From Vicinamibacterales bacterium (lineage in GTDB: Bacteria; Acidobacteriota; Vicinamibacteria; Vicinamibacterales; UBA2999): a stretch of 64,000 nucleotides of DNA. Shown here in pieces: positions 1-9,224 of the stretch (its first letter is position 1; the number at the start of each line of letters is the position of its first letter). The stretch lies in NCBI GenBank assembly GCA_040081265.1, contig JBEBGV010000001.1, positions 200,559-264,558 on the forward strand, written 5' to 3'. The notes under the pieces are model-generated. The model saw nothing but the letters and a program-made list of their open reading frames with translations, was not told where the DNA came from and did not search any database. The translations under genes and the position numbers were made by a program.

Positions 1-1236
1 CGGTGCTTTGCCCGCTTCGTGTCTCGCGAGCTGGGCACACCGAGCGCACGGGCCGACGCCTTCCGCGTCTACGTAGATGCCGAACGCTGGTGGCTCGAGG
101 ACTACGCCCTCTACCGAGCCCTGCATGCCCTGCACGGCAGCCCCTGGTCTGAGTGGCCGGAGCCGATCCGTCAACGTGATCCGGCGGCGCTCGAGGCAGC
201 CAGAGTGTTGCTGGAACGCGACATCGCCTACCGCAAGTATCTGCAGTGGGTGGCTGGCGAGCAGTGGCGCCAGGCGCGGGCTGCCTGCCAGGATGTTCGA
301 CTCTTCGGCGACATGCCGTTCATGGTGAGCGCTGACAGCGCCGACGTCTGGGCGCGCCAGGACGAATTCCGGCACGACGTCTCGGTGGGGGTTCCTCCTG
401 ATGCGTTCAGCGAGACGGGGCAGGACTGGAAGCTGCCGCTCTATCGGTGGGACGTCTTCGCTGCGCGCGACTTCGACTGGTTGCGGCACCGAGCCAGGCG
501 TTACGCGGCGCTGTACGACGGGTATCGAGTGGATCACCTGGTGGGCTTCTATCGCACGTACTTCCGGCCGCACGACGGGTCGCCTGCAGCGTTCTCACCC
601 GAAGAACAAGGTGAGCAGGAACAGTTGGGCGAGCGAGTGCTCGGTGTCTTCCTTGAGTCCGGTGCGGAGATCATCGCCGAGGACCTTGGTGTCATCCCGG
701 ATTTTGTCCGGGCGTCGCTTGCCCGGCTGACAATGCCGGGCTACAAGGTGTTCCGGTGGGAGCGCCAGTGGCACACGGCCGGTGAGCCCTTCATCGATCC
801 TGTCGACTACCCACCGGTATCGGCTGCCACCTCGGGTACACACGACACCGAGCCCATGGTCATCTGGTGGGAGGCGGCATCGCAGGACGAGCGCGAAGCC
901 GTGCTCGCGGTGCCGTCGATTCGCGCGCGTGTCACCGCCGAGGTTGCCGCCGCCGCTCTGACCGCTCCCTCGCTCGACCCGGTTGTCCGCGAGGCGCTGC
1001 TCGAAAGCCTGTTCGTGGCAGGCTCGAACTACCTGATCCTGCCCATCGGCGACGTGTTCGGCTGGCGCGACCGGATCAACCAGCCGGCGACGGTGGGCCC
1101 TGCGAACTGGACCTGGCGACTTCCGTGGCCGAGCGAGCGTCTAAGGGTGGAACCCGAGGCTCTGGCGGTCTCCGTCAGGCTCGGATCGTGGTCGGTGCGC
1201 CATGGACGCGCGCTTCCAACAGGAGAGCTTCAATGA
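1..1236 (+). CDS. malQ: 4-alpha-glucanotransferase (amylomaltase, GH77); N-terminus lies outside the window
   Basis: ORF 19..1236 stays open in the same frame back to base 1. GH77 catalytic-region motifs are present: RVDHLVGF, AEDLGVIP, SGTHDT. Confidence 0.9.
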   Translation, partial: RCFARFVSRELGTPSARADAFRVYVDAERWWLEDYALYRALHALHGSPWSEWPEPIRQRDPAALEAARVLLERDIAYRKYLQWVAGEQWRQARAACQDVRLFGDMPFMVSADSADVWARQDEFRHDVSVGVPPDAFSETGQDWKLPLYRWDVFAARDFDWLRHRARRYAALYDGYRVDHLVGFYRTYFRPHDGSPAAFSPEEQGEQEQLGERVLGVFLESGAEIIAEDLGVIPDFVRASLARLTMPGYKVFRWERQWHTAGEPFIDPVDYPPVSAATSGTHDTEPMVIWWEAASQDEREAVLAVPSIRARVTAEVAAAALTAPSLDPVVREALLESLFVAGSNYLILPIGDVFGWRDRINQPATVGPANWTWRLPWPSERLRVEPEALAVSVRLGSWSVRHGRALPTGELQ

Positions 1237-1859
1237 TTCGTCGAGCATTCTTCGCCGTCGTTCTCGTTTCCATTTCGGCCGCCACGCTCATGGCTCAGGC
1301 GGGTCCGACCGGCTGGAAGCTCAGGATCGACGAGAGCACTTCCGCCTCCGATCCCGACGGGTCCGGTTCCGTCCGGTTCACTTCGACCAACGGGGGAGTC
1401 AGGGCAGTGACCCCGCAGGCAGCGGTGTTCTGGCAGCCCGTCGCGACGGCGACAGGCACGTACACGCTCAAGGGCACCTTTGCGCTCAACGAACCGAGTA
1501 ATCACTCGAACTATTACGGTCTCGTGTTGGGCGGACGTAATCTGGATTCGGCGGCCCAGAGCTACGTGTACTTCACCGTCGCCCAGAACGGCACCTGGCT
1601 GCTGAAGAAACGGCAAGGCGAGGTGGCCAGCGACGTGACACCGCGTGGATCGACCGCGGCCATCCGGCGGCCTGACGCGGGCGGCAAGTCCAGCAACGAT
1701 CTCGAGGTGCGAGTCGGCAACGCCAACGTGGACTTCGTCGTCAACGGCACGATCGTGCACTCGACGCCCAGGGCCGCCATTGCCACTGATGGCCTCTACG
1801 GCATGCGCGTGAATCACTTCCTCGACGTGACGGTGACGGGCCTGGCGGTGACAAGGTAG
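1233..1859 (+). CDS. Secreted beta-rich protein, ConA/LamG-type (DUF1080-like) jelly-roll suspected
   Basis: Internal ATG of ORF 867..1859. Signal peptide MIRRAFFAVVLVSISAATLMAQA. The ATG overlaps the malQ TGA (ATGA at 1233-1236). The fold assignment is by eye only. Confidence 0.5.
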   Translation: MIRRAFFAVVLVSISAATLMAQAGPTGWKLRIDESTSASDPDGSGSVRFTSTNGGVRAVTPQAAVFWQPVATATGTYTLKGTFALNEPSNHSNYYGLVLGGRNLDSAAQSYVYFTVAQNGTWLLKKRQGEVASDVTPRGSTAAIRRPDAGGKSSNDLEVRVGNANVDFVVNGTIVHSTPRAAIATDGLYGMRVNHFLDVTVTGLAVTR

Positions 1860-1892
1860 GACCGACGTCCATTCCTGCCGGGGAGCTCGGCG

Positions 1893-3599
1893 CTACGACT
1901 TTCTGGCGATCCTGGCCCAGGTGTCCTTGAGCGTCACCGTACGGTTGAAGACGGGCGCTTCGGGACGGGAGTCAGGGTCGACCGCGAAATAGCCTTGACG
2001 CTCGAACTGGAAGCGCGCGCCGATGGGGGCGTCGGCGAGATGAGGCTCCACGATGGCGTTGGTGATGCGATCGAGCGACGCGGGGTTGATATCGGTCAGC
2101 GGATCTCGGCCACCGGCCTCAGGGTCCTCGGAATTGAAGAGCCGGTCATAGAGCCTCACCTCGGCGGGTCTGCCCGTGCGAGCCGAGACCCAGTGGATGG
2201 TTCCTTTGACCCGTCGTGCCGCCGATTCACCGTTCAATGACTCGCGATCGATCGTGCATCGCAGTTCGGTGACCAGCCCCGAGTTGTCTTTGATCACGCG
2301 CTCGCACTTCATGATGTAGGCATAGCGGAGCCTCACCTCGGTGCCGGGGGAGAGGCGGAAGAATTTCTTCGCCGGCACCTCCATGAAGTCGTCGCGTTCG
2401 ATGAAGATCTCGCGCGCGAACGTCACTCGCCTCGTGCCAGCCGAGGGGTCCTCCGGGTTGTTCACGGCCTCGATCTCCTCGACTTCGTCCTCGGGGTAGT
2501 TCTCGATCACAACCTTGAGCGGACGGAGGACAGCCAAGGCGCGCGCGGCACGTCGGTTCAAGTCCTCTCGCACGGTGTGTTCGAGGAGCGCCATGTCGAT
2601 GACGTTTGCCTTCTTGGCCACTCCGATGCGGGCGCAGAACTCGCGAATCGCTTCGGGGGTGTAACCGCGTCGCCTGAACGCCGCGATCGTGGGCATCCGG
2701 GGGTCGTCCCAGCCGGCGACCAGCTTCTGCTCAACCAGCGCGAGGATCTTGCGCTTGCTCATCACCGTGTAGTTCAGGTTGAGACGCGCGAACTCGATCT
2801 GCCTGGGGCGTGACCTGAACTCTGGAGCTTTGTCGCGGAGATTGTCGACGAACCAGTCATACAGCGGTCGGTGATCTTCGAACTCCAGCGTACAAACCGA
2901 ATGCGTGATGCCCTCGAGCGCGTCCGAAATCGGGTGCGCATAGTCGTAGGTCGGGTAGATGCACCAGGCCGAGCCCGTCCGGTGGTGATCGGCATGGCGA
3001 ATGCGGTAGATCGTCGGGTCGCGCATGTTGATGTTTGGCGACGCCATGTCGATCTTGGCGCGCACGACGTGCGTGCCGTCAGGGAACTCTCCAGCGCGCA
3101 TGCGCGCAAACAGGTCGAGGCTCTCCGCGACCGGCCGATCCCGGTACGGACTGTTTCGGCCCGATTCGGTCAGCGTGCCTCGATGCTCGCGGATCTCGTC
3201 GGCGCTCAAACTGTCGACATACGCCTTGTCCGCCTGAATCAGTTCGGAGGCGTAGCGATAGAGGAGCTCGAAGTAGTCCGACGCGAAGTAGAGGCCGGTC
3301 CACGTGAAGCCCAGCCAGCGTACGTCGGCTTCGATCGCGTCGACGTATTCGGTGTCCTCTCTGGTCGGGTTCGTGTCGTCGAATCGAAGGTTGCAGGAGC
3401 CGGAAAAGTCCTGCGCGATACCGAAGTTCAGGCAGATCGACTTGGCGTGGCCGATGTGGAGGTATCCGTTGGGTTCAGGGGGAAACCGGGTGTACACCTG
3501 CCCACCGTGTCTGCCCGCCTCCTGGTCCGCAGCGACGATCTCGCGAATGAAATCCTGTGCCGGGGCGGGCGTTGCGGTGTCCGGGTCGGTGGGTGTCAC
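1893..3599 (-). CDS. glnS: Glutaminyl-tRNA synthetase
   Basis: 568 aa. Class I HIGH motif ([12 protein letters not shown]), KMSKS-like VMSKRK, and GlnRS-type N-terminal FIREIV. Confidence 0.95.
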   Translation of the reverse strand: MTPTDPDTATPAPAQDFIREIVAADQEAGRHGGQVYTRFPPEPNGYLHIGHAKSICLNFGIAQDFSGSCNLRFDDTNPTREDTEYVDAIEADVRWLGFTWTGLYFASDYFELLYRYASELIQADKAYVDSLSADEIREHRGTLTESGRNSPYRDRPVAESLDLFARMRAGEFPDGTHVVRAKIDMASPNINMRDPTIYRIRHADHHRTGSAWCIYPTYDYAHPISDALEGITHSVCTLEFEDHRPLYDWFVDNLRDKAPEFRSRPRQIEFARLNLNYTVMSKRKILALVEQKLVAGWDDPRMPTIAAFRRRGYTPEAIREFCARIGVAKKANVIDMALLEHTVREDLNRRAARALAVLRPLKVVIENYPEDEVEEIEAVNNPEDPSAGTRRVTFAREIFIERDDFMEVPAKKFFRLSPGTEVRLRYAYIMKCERVIKDNSGLVTELRCTIDRESLNGESAARRVKGTIHWVSARTGRPAEVRLYDRLFNSEDPEAGGRDPLTDINPASLDRITNAIVEPHLADAPIGARFQFERQGYFAVDPDSRPEAPVFNRTVTLKDTWARIARKS

Positions 3600-3611
3600 G
3601 GCACCCTGATC

Positions 3612-4820
3612 TTATACGGGCTCGGATTCCTCTGCGATGGCCCCTTCCGGCAGACCCATCAGCCCAGCCTGCCTGAGCACACGCGGCACGGTGTCGATCG
3701 GTTCGAGCACCGGCAATTCGTCGGCGGTCGTGATGTCGAGTTCCCGGAGTCGGCGGGCGCTCACCATGACGCGAGACTCCAGCGAGCCAGCGGCGCTGTT
3801 GTAGGCCTGGACCGCGCCATCCAGCCTCCGTCTGACATCGTCGAAGTGACCTGCGAAGGTGGCGAGACGATCGTGCAGGTCGCGGCCCAGCCTGGCGACC
3901 TCCCGGTAGTTCTCGGTGAGACGATCCTGGCGCCACGAGTGGGCGACGGTGGTGAGCAGTGCGATCAGGGTGATTGGACTGGCCAGCAGGACCCGGCGCT
4001 CGAGACCGTACTCGATGAGCGACAGATCGTGCTGGAGGGCGCTGCTGAACAACGTCTCGCCGGGCAGGAACATCACCACCATTTCCGGCGAGTTACCCAG
4101 CGCGTCCCAGTAGGCCTTGCTTCCGAGTTTCTCCATGTGATCGCGCACCTGCCGCGCGTGCGCCTGGAGTCGGAGTGTCCGCCCGGTGTCGTCTGGTGCT
4201 TCCTGGGCATCGAGAAACGCATCGAGTGGAGCCTTCGCGTCAACCACCAGCTGCTTGCCGCCAGGCAGGTAGACGACCACGTCGGGTCGCACGCGACCGA
4301 TGTCGCCAGCGAGTGTGCGCTGTTGGTCGAAGTCGCAGCGCTCGAGCATGCCGGAGAGTTCGATGACGCGACGCAGCTGCATCTCGCCCCAGCGCCCCCG
4401 GGCTGACGGCGTCCGCAGAGCCTTGGCAAGTGTCTGTGTCGCAGCGCCCAGCGAGGTCACCTGGGATGTCAGCCGCGCGAACGAGTCGATGCGTTCGCGC
4501 TCCGCTTCGCTGAGTCGCGCCTCGACCTTGCGGAGCGTGTCGGTCATCGGCCGCACGAGCGTGTCGATCGCCGCCTGTCTGGCCTGGAGCTGCGATTGAG
4601 CGTCGCGTTGAAGACCGTCGAAGGACGTGCGCGCGAGGTCGAGAAACGCCGAGCTGTTGTCGTGAAGCGCATCGGCGGCTGCAGCGCGAACCGTCTCGGC
4701 AATCTGCGTTCGTGCCTCTTCACGGGCCCGGCGCGCGCCGGCGCTCACGATAACCGTCGCAATGATCGCTCCGACGGCAGTGCCGAGGGCGACGGCGATG
4801 ACCAGCAGCAGCAGATTCAT
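3612..4820 (-). CDS. rmuC: DNA recombination protein RmuC
   Basis: 402 aa. N-terminal TM helix, long coiled-coil region, then an RmuC-type C-terminal domain (GRWGEMQLRRVIELSGM, MFLPGE). Confidence 0.85.
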   Translation of the reverse strand: MNLLLLVIAVALGTAVGAIIATVIVSAGARRAREEARTQIAETVRAAAADALHDNSSAFLDLARTSFDGLQRDAQSQLQARQAAIDTLVRPMTDTLRKVEARLSEAERERIDSFARLTSQVTSLGAATQTLAKALRTPSARGRWGEMQLRRVIELSGMLERCDFDQQRTLAGDIGRVRPDVVVYLPGGKQLVVDAKAPLDAFLDAQEAPDDTGRTLRLQAHARQVRDHMEKLGSKAYWDALGNSPEMVVMFLPGETLFSSALQHDLSLIEYGLERRVLLASPITLIALLTTVAHSWRQDRLTENYREVARLGRDLHDRLATFAGHFDDVRRRLDGAVQAYNSAAGSLESRVMVSARRLRELDITTADELPVLEPIDTVPRVLRQAGLMGLPEGAIAEESEPV

Positions 4821-4839
4821 TCAGCCACGGGTGTTGCGT

Positions 4840-6441
4840 TCACGGGCCGCCGCGGCGCGCGTTGCGCGGCTGAGGCAGCACCTTGCGCGGCAGCAGCTCC
4901 TCCCGGTTAGCGGCCTGATAGGCGAATGACGCGATGATGACCGAGTTCTTCATCATGTCTTCGGCCTGCACGCGTTCGAACACGTCCATGTTGGTGTGAT
5001 GCGACAGCGCGTTGTACTCGAGACGGTCCTGGACAAACTGAAAGCCGGGGAGGCCGACGCGGTCGAACGACGCGTGGTCCGTGCCGCCGACCCCGCGGAT
5101 GGCAAGCGTGGTCATGCCGAGGCTGCGAAGAGGCTCCATCCACGCGCTGAACACCGGACGCACCGCCTCGTTCCCCTGGGTGTAGACGCCGCGAATAGCG
5201 CCCGACCCGTTGTCCATGTTGAAGTAGACGGAAAGTCTGGCGTGCGCCGGCTTGAGCTGCATCGTGTCGACGTCGGCAAAGTGTTCGGCAACATACGCGG
5301 CCGAGCCGAGCAGTCCCTGTTCTTCTCCCGTCCAGAGCGCGAGCCTGACGGTGCGCCGCATCCTGAGACCGGTGGCCTTGAGAATGCGCATGGCCTCCAT
5401 CATGGCCGCCGAGCCGGCCGCGTTGTCGGTCGCGCCTGTGCCGGCTGTCTCCGAATCGAAGTGAGCGCCGAGCATCACCACTTCGTCGGCCTTGTCAGTG
5501 CCCCGGATCTCCGCGACGATGTTAAAGGCGTCGAGGGTGTCCTCGGTGAAACGGTTCCGCATGTCGATCGACACCTTCACCGCGACATTGCGCTCGACGA
5601 GGCGGACCAGGCGGTTGTACTGCTCGGTCGCGACATAGACTTGCGGCACGACGGCCGGGGAGTTCGGCTGCCGCGTAAGCTCGTAGGCACCGGTCATGAC
5701 GACGCCCCGGTCACCACGGCCGTTGCCCGGGATGAGTGCCGCCAGCGCCCCCTCTGACTGATAGAAGGTCATGCGCTTCAGGCGGATGTTCGGATCCGGG
5801 GGAGGGCCGGCCGCGGCGTTGCCGCGTCCGCGGGCACCACCACCCCGTACGGGCTCGGACTGCAGCTCCCTCAGTTCCTCGTCGGTGAAGCGAAGGCCGC
5901 GCGCCGCGTCCGGCAAGGGGACATCGACCGCATCAAAGATGAGGACGATCTTCCCGGCGAGCTTGCCGCGGAACTTTTCCATGTCCTGGTCGTTGTTGAC
6001 GACGGCGAGGACGACATCGGCCGTGACCGGCCCGGAGGTGCCAGGCGTCCATGCCCGGGGATAGGCAATGAGCGGCGACACGGTCGGCGCCACGACCTGT
6101 GCGGCGAACTGCTCGTTGGTCCAGCCCCGACCAAAGGGCCCCCACTTTTCTTCAGCGACGCCGCTGAGGCCCCACGACGACAACCGCTCCCGGGCCCACG
6201 TGGCAGCGGCCCGGATTTCTGGCGAATTCGTCAGTCTCGGGCCATGGACGTCGGTCAGATTCCAGACCAGCTCCATCACCTGTGAGCGTTGCAAGCCCTC
6301 GGTCTTGATGCGTCCGATGGCGTCGAGATCAACGCGTTCCGATACCAGCGACGCAGCCGTTTGCGCCTGCGGAACTGCGAAGAGTGACGCGACGAACATC
6401 GTCGTGCCGAGGAGGAAGGTCGCGAGAAATCGTGTCGACAT
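4840..6441 (-). CDS. Secreted M28-family aminopeptidase with PA-like insert
   Basis: Signal peptide. Zn-ligand motifs LGAHFDS, GATDNAAGSAAMME, WTGEEQGLLGS. Confidence 0.8.
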   Translation of the reverse strand: MSTRFLATFLLGTTMFVASLFAVPQAQTAASLVSERVDLDAIGRIKTEGLQRSQVMELVWNLTDVHGPRLTNSPEIRAAATWARERLSSWGLSGVAEEKWGPFGRGWTNEQFAAQVVAPTVSPLIAYPRAWTPGTSGPVTADVVLAVVNNDQDMEKFRGKLAGKIVLIFDAVDVPLPDAARGLRFTDEELRELQSEPVRGGGARGRGNAAAGPPPDPNIRLKRMTFYQSEGALAALIPGNGRGDRGVVMTGAYELTRQPNSPAVVPQVYVATEQYNRLVRLVERNVAVKVSIDMRNRFTEDTLDAFNIVAEIRGTDKADEVVMLGAHFDSETAGTGATDNAAGSAAMMEAMRILKATGLRMRRTVRLALWTGEEQGLLGSAAYVAEHFADVDTMQLKPAHARLSVYFNMDNGSGAIRGVYTQGNEAVRPVFSAWMEPLRSLGMTTLAIRGVGGTDHASFDRVGLPGFQFVQDRLEYNALSHHTNMDVFERVQAEDMMKNSVIIASFAYQAANREELLPRKVLPQPRNARRGGP

Positions 6442-6477
6442 GTGCGCGCCTCGTCAGGTTCCCCGCAGTCTAGCAGG

Positions 6478-6483
6478 TATAAT
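6478..6483 (+). promoter_or_regulatory. -10-like TATAAT hexamer 11 nt upstream of the DUF1015 ATG, with no Shine-Dalgarno between them
   Basis: The sequence reads gcaggTATAATttccttttctcATG. The -35 region is poor. Confidence 0.3.
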
Positions 6484-6494
6484 TTCCTTTTCTC

Positions 6495-7712
6495 ATGGCT
6501 GACCTTTTTCCATTCCGTGCTCTCCGTCCGACACCTGCCTCAGCGGCCCAGGTGGCTGCTGTCCCCTATGACGTTGTGAACGCGGAGGAGGCCGCGGCGC
6601 TGGCCGCGGGGAACCCGCTCAGTTTTCTTCACGCGTCCAGGGCCGAAATCGACCTGCCCGGCGACACCAATCCTTACGGGGATGCTGTCTACGCAAAAGC
6701 GAGCGAGAATTTCGCAGCGTTGCGGACCGCCGCTCCCCTGGTTGTCGAGGACGCACCAAGTCTCTACGTTTACCGCCTGCAGATGGGCGAACACGTGCAG
6801 ACCGGCGTGGCGGCCTGTTTCTCCGGCGACGAATACGATCGCGACCTCATCAAGAAGCACGAGCGAACGCGTCGTGACAAGGAAGACGACCGGACACGTC
6901 ACATGGTGGGATTGCGCGCGCAGACGGGCCCTGTGTTTCTGACGTACAAGTCCGAAGCCGCCGTCGACGCGGTGGTGGCCAGAACAACGACGAGTGGCCC
7001 GCTCTTCGACTTCACGGCGCCGGACGGCGTGCGCCACACGCTGTGGCGCGTCGCGTCTGCTGACAACGCGGCGCTGGTTGCAGCGTTCGCTCTGGTGCCG
7101 GCACTTTATATCGCCGATGGGCACCATCGAGCGGCGAGCGCAGCGCGCGTCCGCCAGCATCTAAAGGATGCCGGCGAAGCGCCGGGCGAGCGGGATACGT
7201 TCCTGGCGGTAGCGTTCCCTGACGATCAAATGCAGGTTCTCGCCTACAACCGGGTCGTCAAGGATCTGGCCGGCTACACGCCCGACACACTGCTTGCGGC
7301 TCTTCGCGACAAGCTGATCGTGAAGGATGGTCCCGCTACGCCGGTCTCCAAGGGCGAGGTAGCAATGTTCCTTGCTGGTCGGTGGTACACGCTGCTGCTG
7401 GCCGAAGCCCCCGCTGGCAGCGACGCGGCCAGCCGTCTCGACGTCAGCCGGTTACAGGATCAAGTGCTCACCCCGCTTCTCGGTATCGGCGACGTGCGCA
7501 GCGACAAACGCATCGATTTCGTGGGTGGGGCACGTGGCACCGCCGAACTCGAGAAACTCGTCAGTTCCGGCAGGCATGCCGTCGCGTTCTCCATGTTCCC
7601 GGTGAGCGTGGACGACCTGATGGCGATCTCCGATGCCGGCGGCATCATGCCGCCCAAGTCAACCTGGTTTGAGCCGAAGCTTCGCGACGGCCTGCTCTCG
7701 CATCTCATCTGA
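6495..7712 (+). CDS. DUF1015 family protein
   Basis: 405 aa. The N-terminus FPFRALRPTPASAAQVAAVPYDVV and internal YIADGHHR match what I recall of the DUF1015 family. Confidence 0.75.
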   Translation: MADLFPFRALRPTPASAAQVAAVPYDVVNAEEAAALAAGNPLSFLHASRAEIDLPGDTNPYGDAVYAKASENFAALRTAAPLVVEDAPSLYVYRLQMGEHVQTGVAACFSGDEYDRDLIKKHERTRRDKEDDRTRHMVGLRAQTGPVFLTYKSEAAVDAVVARTTTSGPLFDFTAPDGVRHTLWRVASADNAALVAAFALVPALYIADGHHRAASAARVRQHLKDAGEAPGERDTFLAVAFPDDQMQVLAYNRVVKDLAGYTPDTLLAALRDKLIVKDGPATPVSKGEVAMFLAGRWYTLLLAEAPAGSDAASRLDVSRLQDQVLTPLLGIGDVRSDKRIDFVGGARGTAELEKLVSSGRHAVAFSMFPVSVDDLMAISDAGGIMPPKSTWFEPKLRDGLLSHLI

Positions 7713-7723
7713 AAGGCTCGTTT

Positions 7724-8815
7724 ATGACTACAGCGACCAAGATCTTCAATTTCTCCGCCGGTCCGGCGGTGCTTCCTGCGGCCGTGCTCCTGGAGGCGCA
7801 GCGGAACCTCGTTGCGTTGCCGGGCGTCGGCATGTCGGTGATGGAGATCAGCCATCGGTCGAAGGCGTTCGAGGATCTGCTCAACAAGGCAGTGGAGGAT
7901 ATCCGGGCGCTGGCTGGCATTCCCGCCAACTACAAGGTGCTGATGCTGCAGGGTGGCGCAAGCCTCCAGTTCTCGATGGTACCGATGAACCTGCTGACCC
8001 CGGGGGCGACGGCCGACTATATCGACACGGGTTCCTGGGCAGAGAAGGCGATCAAGGAAGCCAAGCGAGTCGGCACCATCAATGTCACCGGCTCGACCAA
8101 AGCCGACAACTACAACCGGATTCCGGCGGCCAGTGAACTGGCGCTCACCGCGGGCGCTGCCTATGTCCACCTGACGACCAATAACACCATCGAGGGAACC
8201 GAGTGGCAGTCGATGCCCGATGTCGGCGAGGCGCCGCTCGTCGCAGACACCTCCTCCGACATGTTCAGCGGCCCGATTGACGTCTCGCAGTTCGGCCTGA
8301 TCTACGCCGGCGCTCAGAAGAACCTGGGCCCGTCGGGCGTGACCCTGGTCATCATTCGTGAGGACCTGCTGGCGCGTTCACAGAAGACGCTGCCGACCAT
8401 GCTCAACTATGCGGTGCATGCTGAGAACGGCTCTCTCTACAACACCCCGAACACGTTCGGCATCTACATCCTCGGGCTGACGATGGCGTGGCTGCGGAAC
8501 CTGGGTGGCCTTCCCGCCATTGGGGCGTTGAACAAGCGCAAGGCCGGGAAGCTCTATGCGGAGATCGATCGCTCCGGCTTCTACCGCGGCACCGCGGAGA
8601 AGGCCAGCCGTTCCCTGATGAACGTCACCTTCCGTCTCGGAACCGAGGAACTGGAAAAGCGCTTCGAGAAGGAAGCCACCGCCGCGGGCCTCGATGGTCT
8701 CAAGGGGCATCGGTCGGTGGGCGGGATGCGCGCCTCGATCTACAACGCCTTTCCAGAGGACGGAATCGACGCGCTTGTATCGTTCATGCAGGAATTCGAG
8801 CGCAAGAACGGATGA
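7724..8815 (+). CDS. serC: Phosphoserine aminotransferase
   Basis: 363 aa. FNFSAGPAVLP N-terminus, SHRSKAF, class V aminotransferase layout. Confidence 0.93.
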   Translation: MTTATKIFNFSAGPAVLPAAVLLEAQRNLVALPGVGMSVMEISHRSKAFEDLLNKAVEDIRALAGIPANYKVLMLQGGASLQFSMVPMNLLTPGATADYIDTGSWAEKAIKEAKRVGTINVTGSTKADNYNRIPAASELALTAGAAYVHLTTNNTIEGTEWQSMPDVGEAPLVADTSSDMFSGPIDVSQFGLIYAGAQKNLGPSGVTLVIIREDLLARSQKTLPTMLNYAVHAENGSLYNTPNTFGIYILGLTMAWLRNLGGLPAIGALNKRKAGKLYAEIDRSGFYRGTAEKASRSLMNVTFRLGTEELEKRFEKEATAAGLDGLKGHRSVGGMRASIYNAFPEDGIDALVSFMQEFERKNG

Positions 8816-8822
8816 GGCCCCT

Positions 8823-9224
8823 ATGACGGTTGAATATCGCAGCGGTGAATCCGCTTTGTCCCCGCAGTCGTTCATCGAGCTGGCGCGACGAATCTGGCCT
8901 CGCGACTATGACACTGGTCTGACCGCTGCTGCGCTGGCGAAGACGACCAACATCGGGGCGTGGTCTGGCGATCGCCTGGTCGGCTCGATCCGCATCCTGT
9001 CGGACGGCTGCTTCTTCAGCACCATCCCCGAGGTGATGGTCGATCCCGAGTTCAGGCGCCAGGGCATCGGTGGCGAGCTCCTCAAGCGGGCCCTCGATCT
9101 GGCGCCGGGAGGCACGCTGTTTCTCGGTGCCCAGCCAGGCCAGGAACGCTTCTTCGAAACCGCAGGCTTCCGCCGGGGCCCTGCCGGCTACGTCGGTCGC
9201 CGCGCGGCTACTGCGTCGGCGTAG
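8823..9224 (+). CDS. GNAT family N-acetyltransferase
   Basis: Internal ATG (8823) of ORF 8694..9224, which starts after the serC stop. Acetyl-CoA loop RRQGIGGELLKRAL. Confidence 0.7.
   Translation: MTVEYRSGESALSPQSFIELARRIWPRDYDTGLTAAALAKTTNIGAWSGDRLVGSIRILSDGCFFSTIPEVMVDPEFRRQGIGGELLKRALDLAPGGTLFLGAQPGQERFFETAGFRRGPAGYVGRRAATASA

Noticed and set aside
867-1232. 5' extensions of ORFs 867..1859 and 19718..21298 (the latter up to 19999)
   Set aside because: The extensions overlap the upstream genes (malQ and the small membrane protein) and are Arg-rich out-of-frame readthrough. Internal ATGs give a signal peptide and a normal-length P450 respectively.
2871-4406. 511-aa ORF on the + strand spanning the glnS/rmuC region
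   Set aside because: It is entirely antisense to two genes with strong family motifs. Its composition is Arg/Gly/Val-rich and no motif is recognisable. This is a typical shadow ORF of GC-rich DNA.
3612-4820. RmuC considered as a marker of a defence island
   Set aside because: Its neighbours are glnS and an M28 peptidase. There are no nucleases, methylases, helicases or other defence-type genes adjacent.
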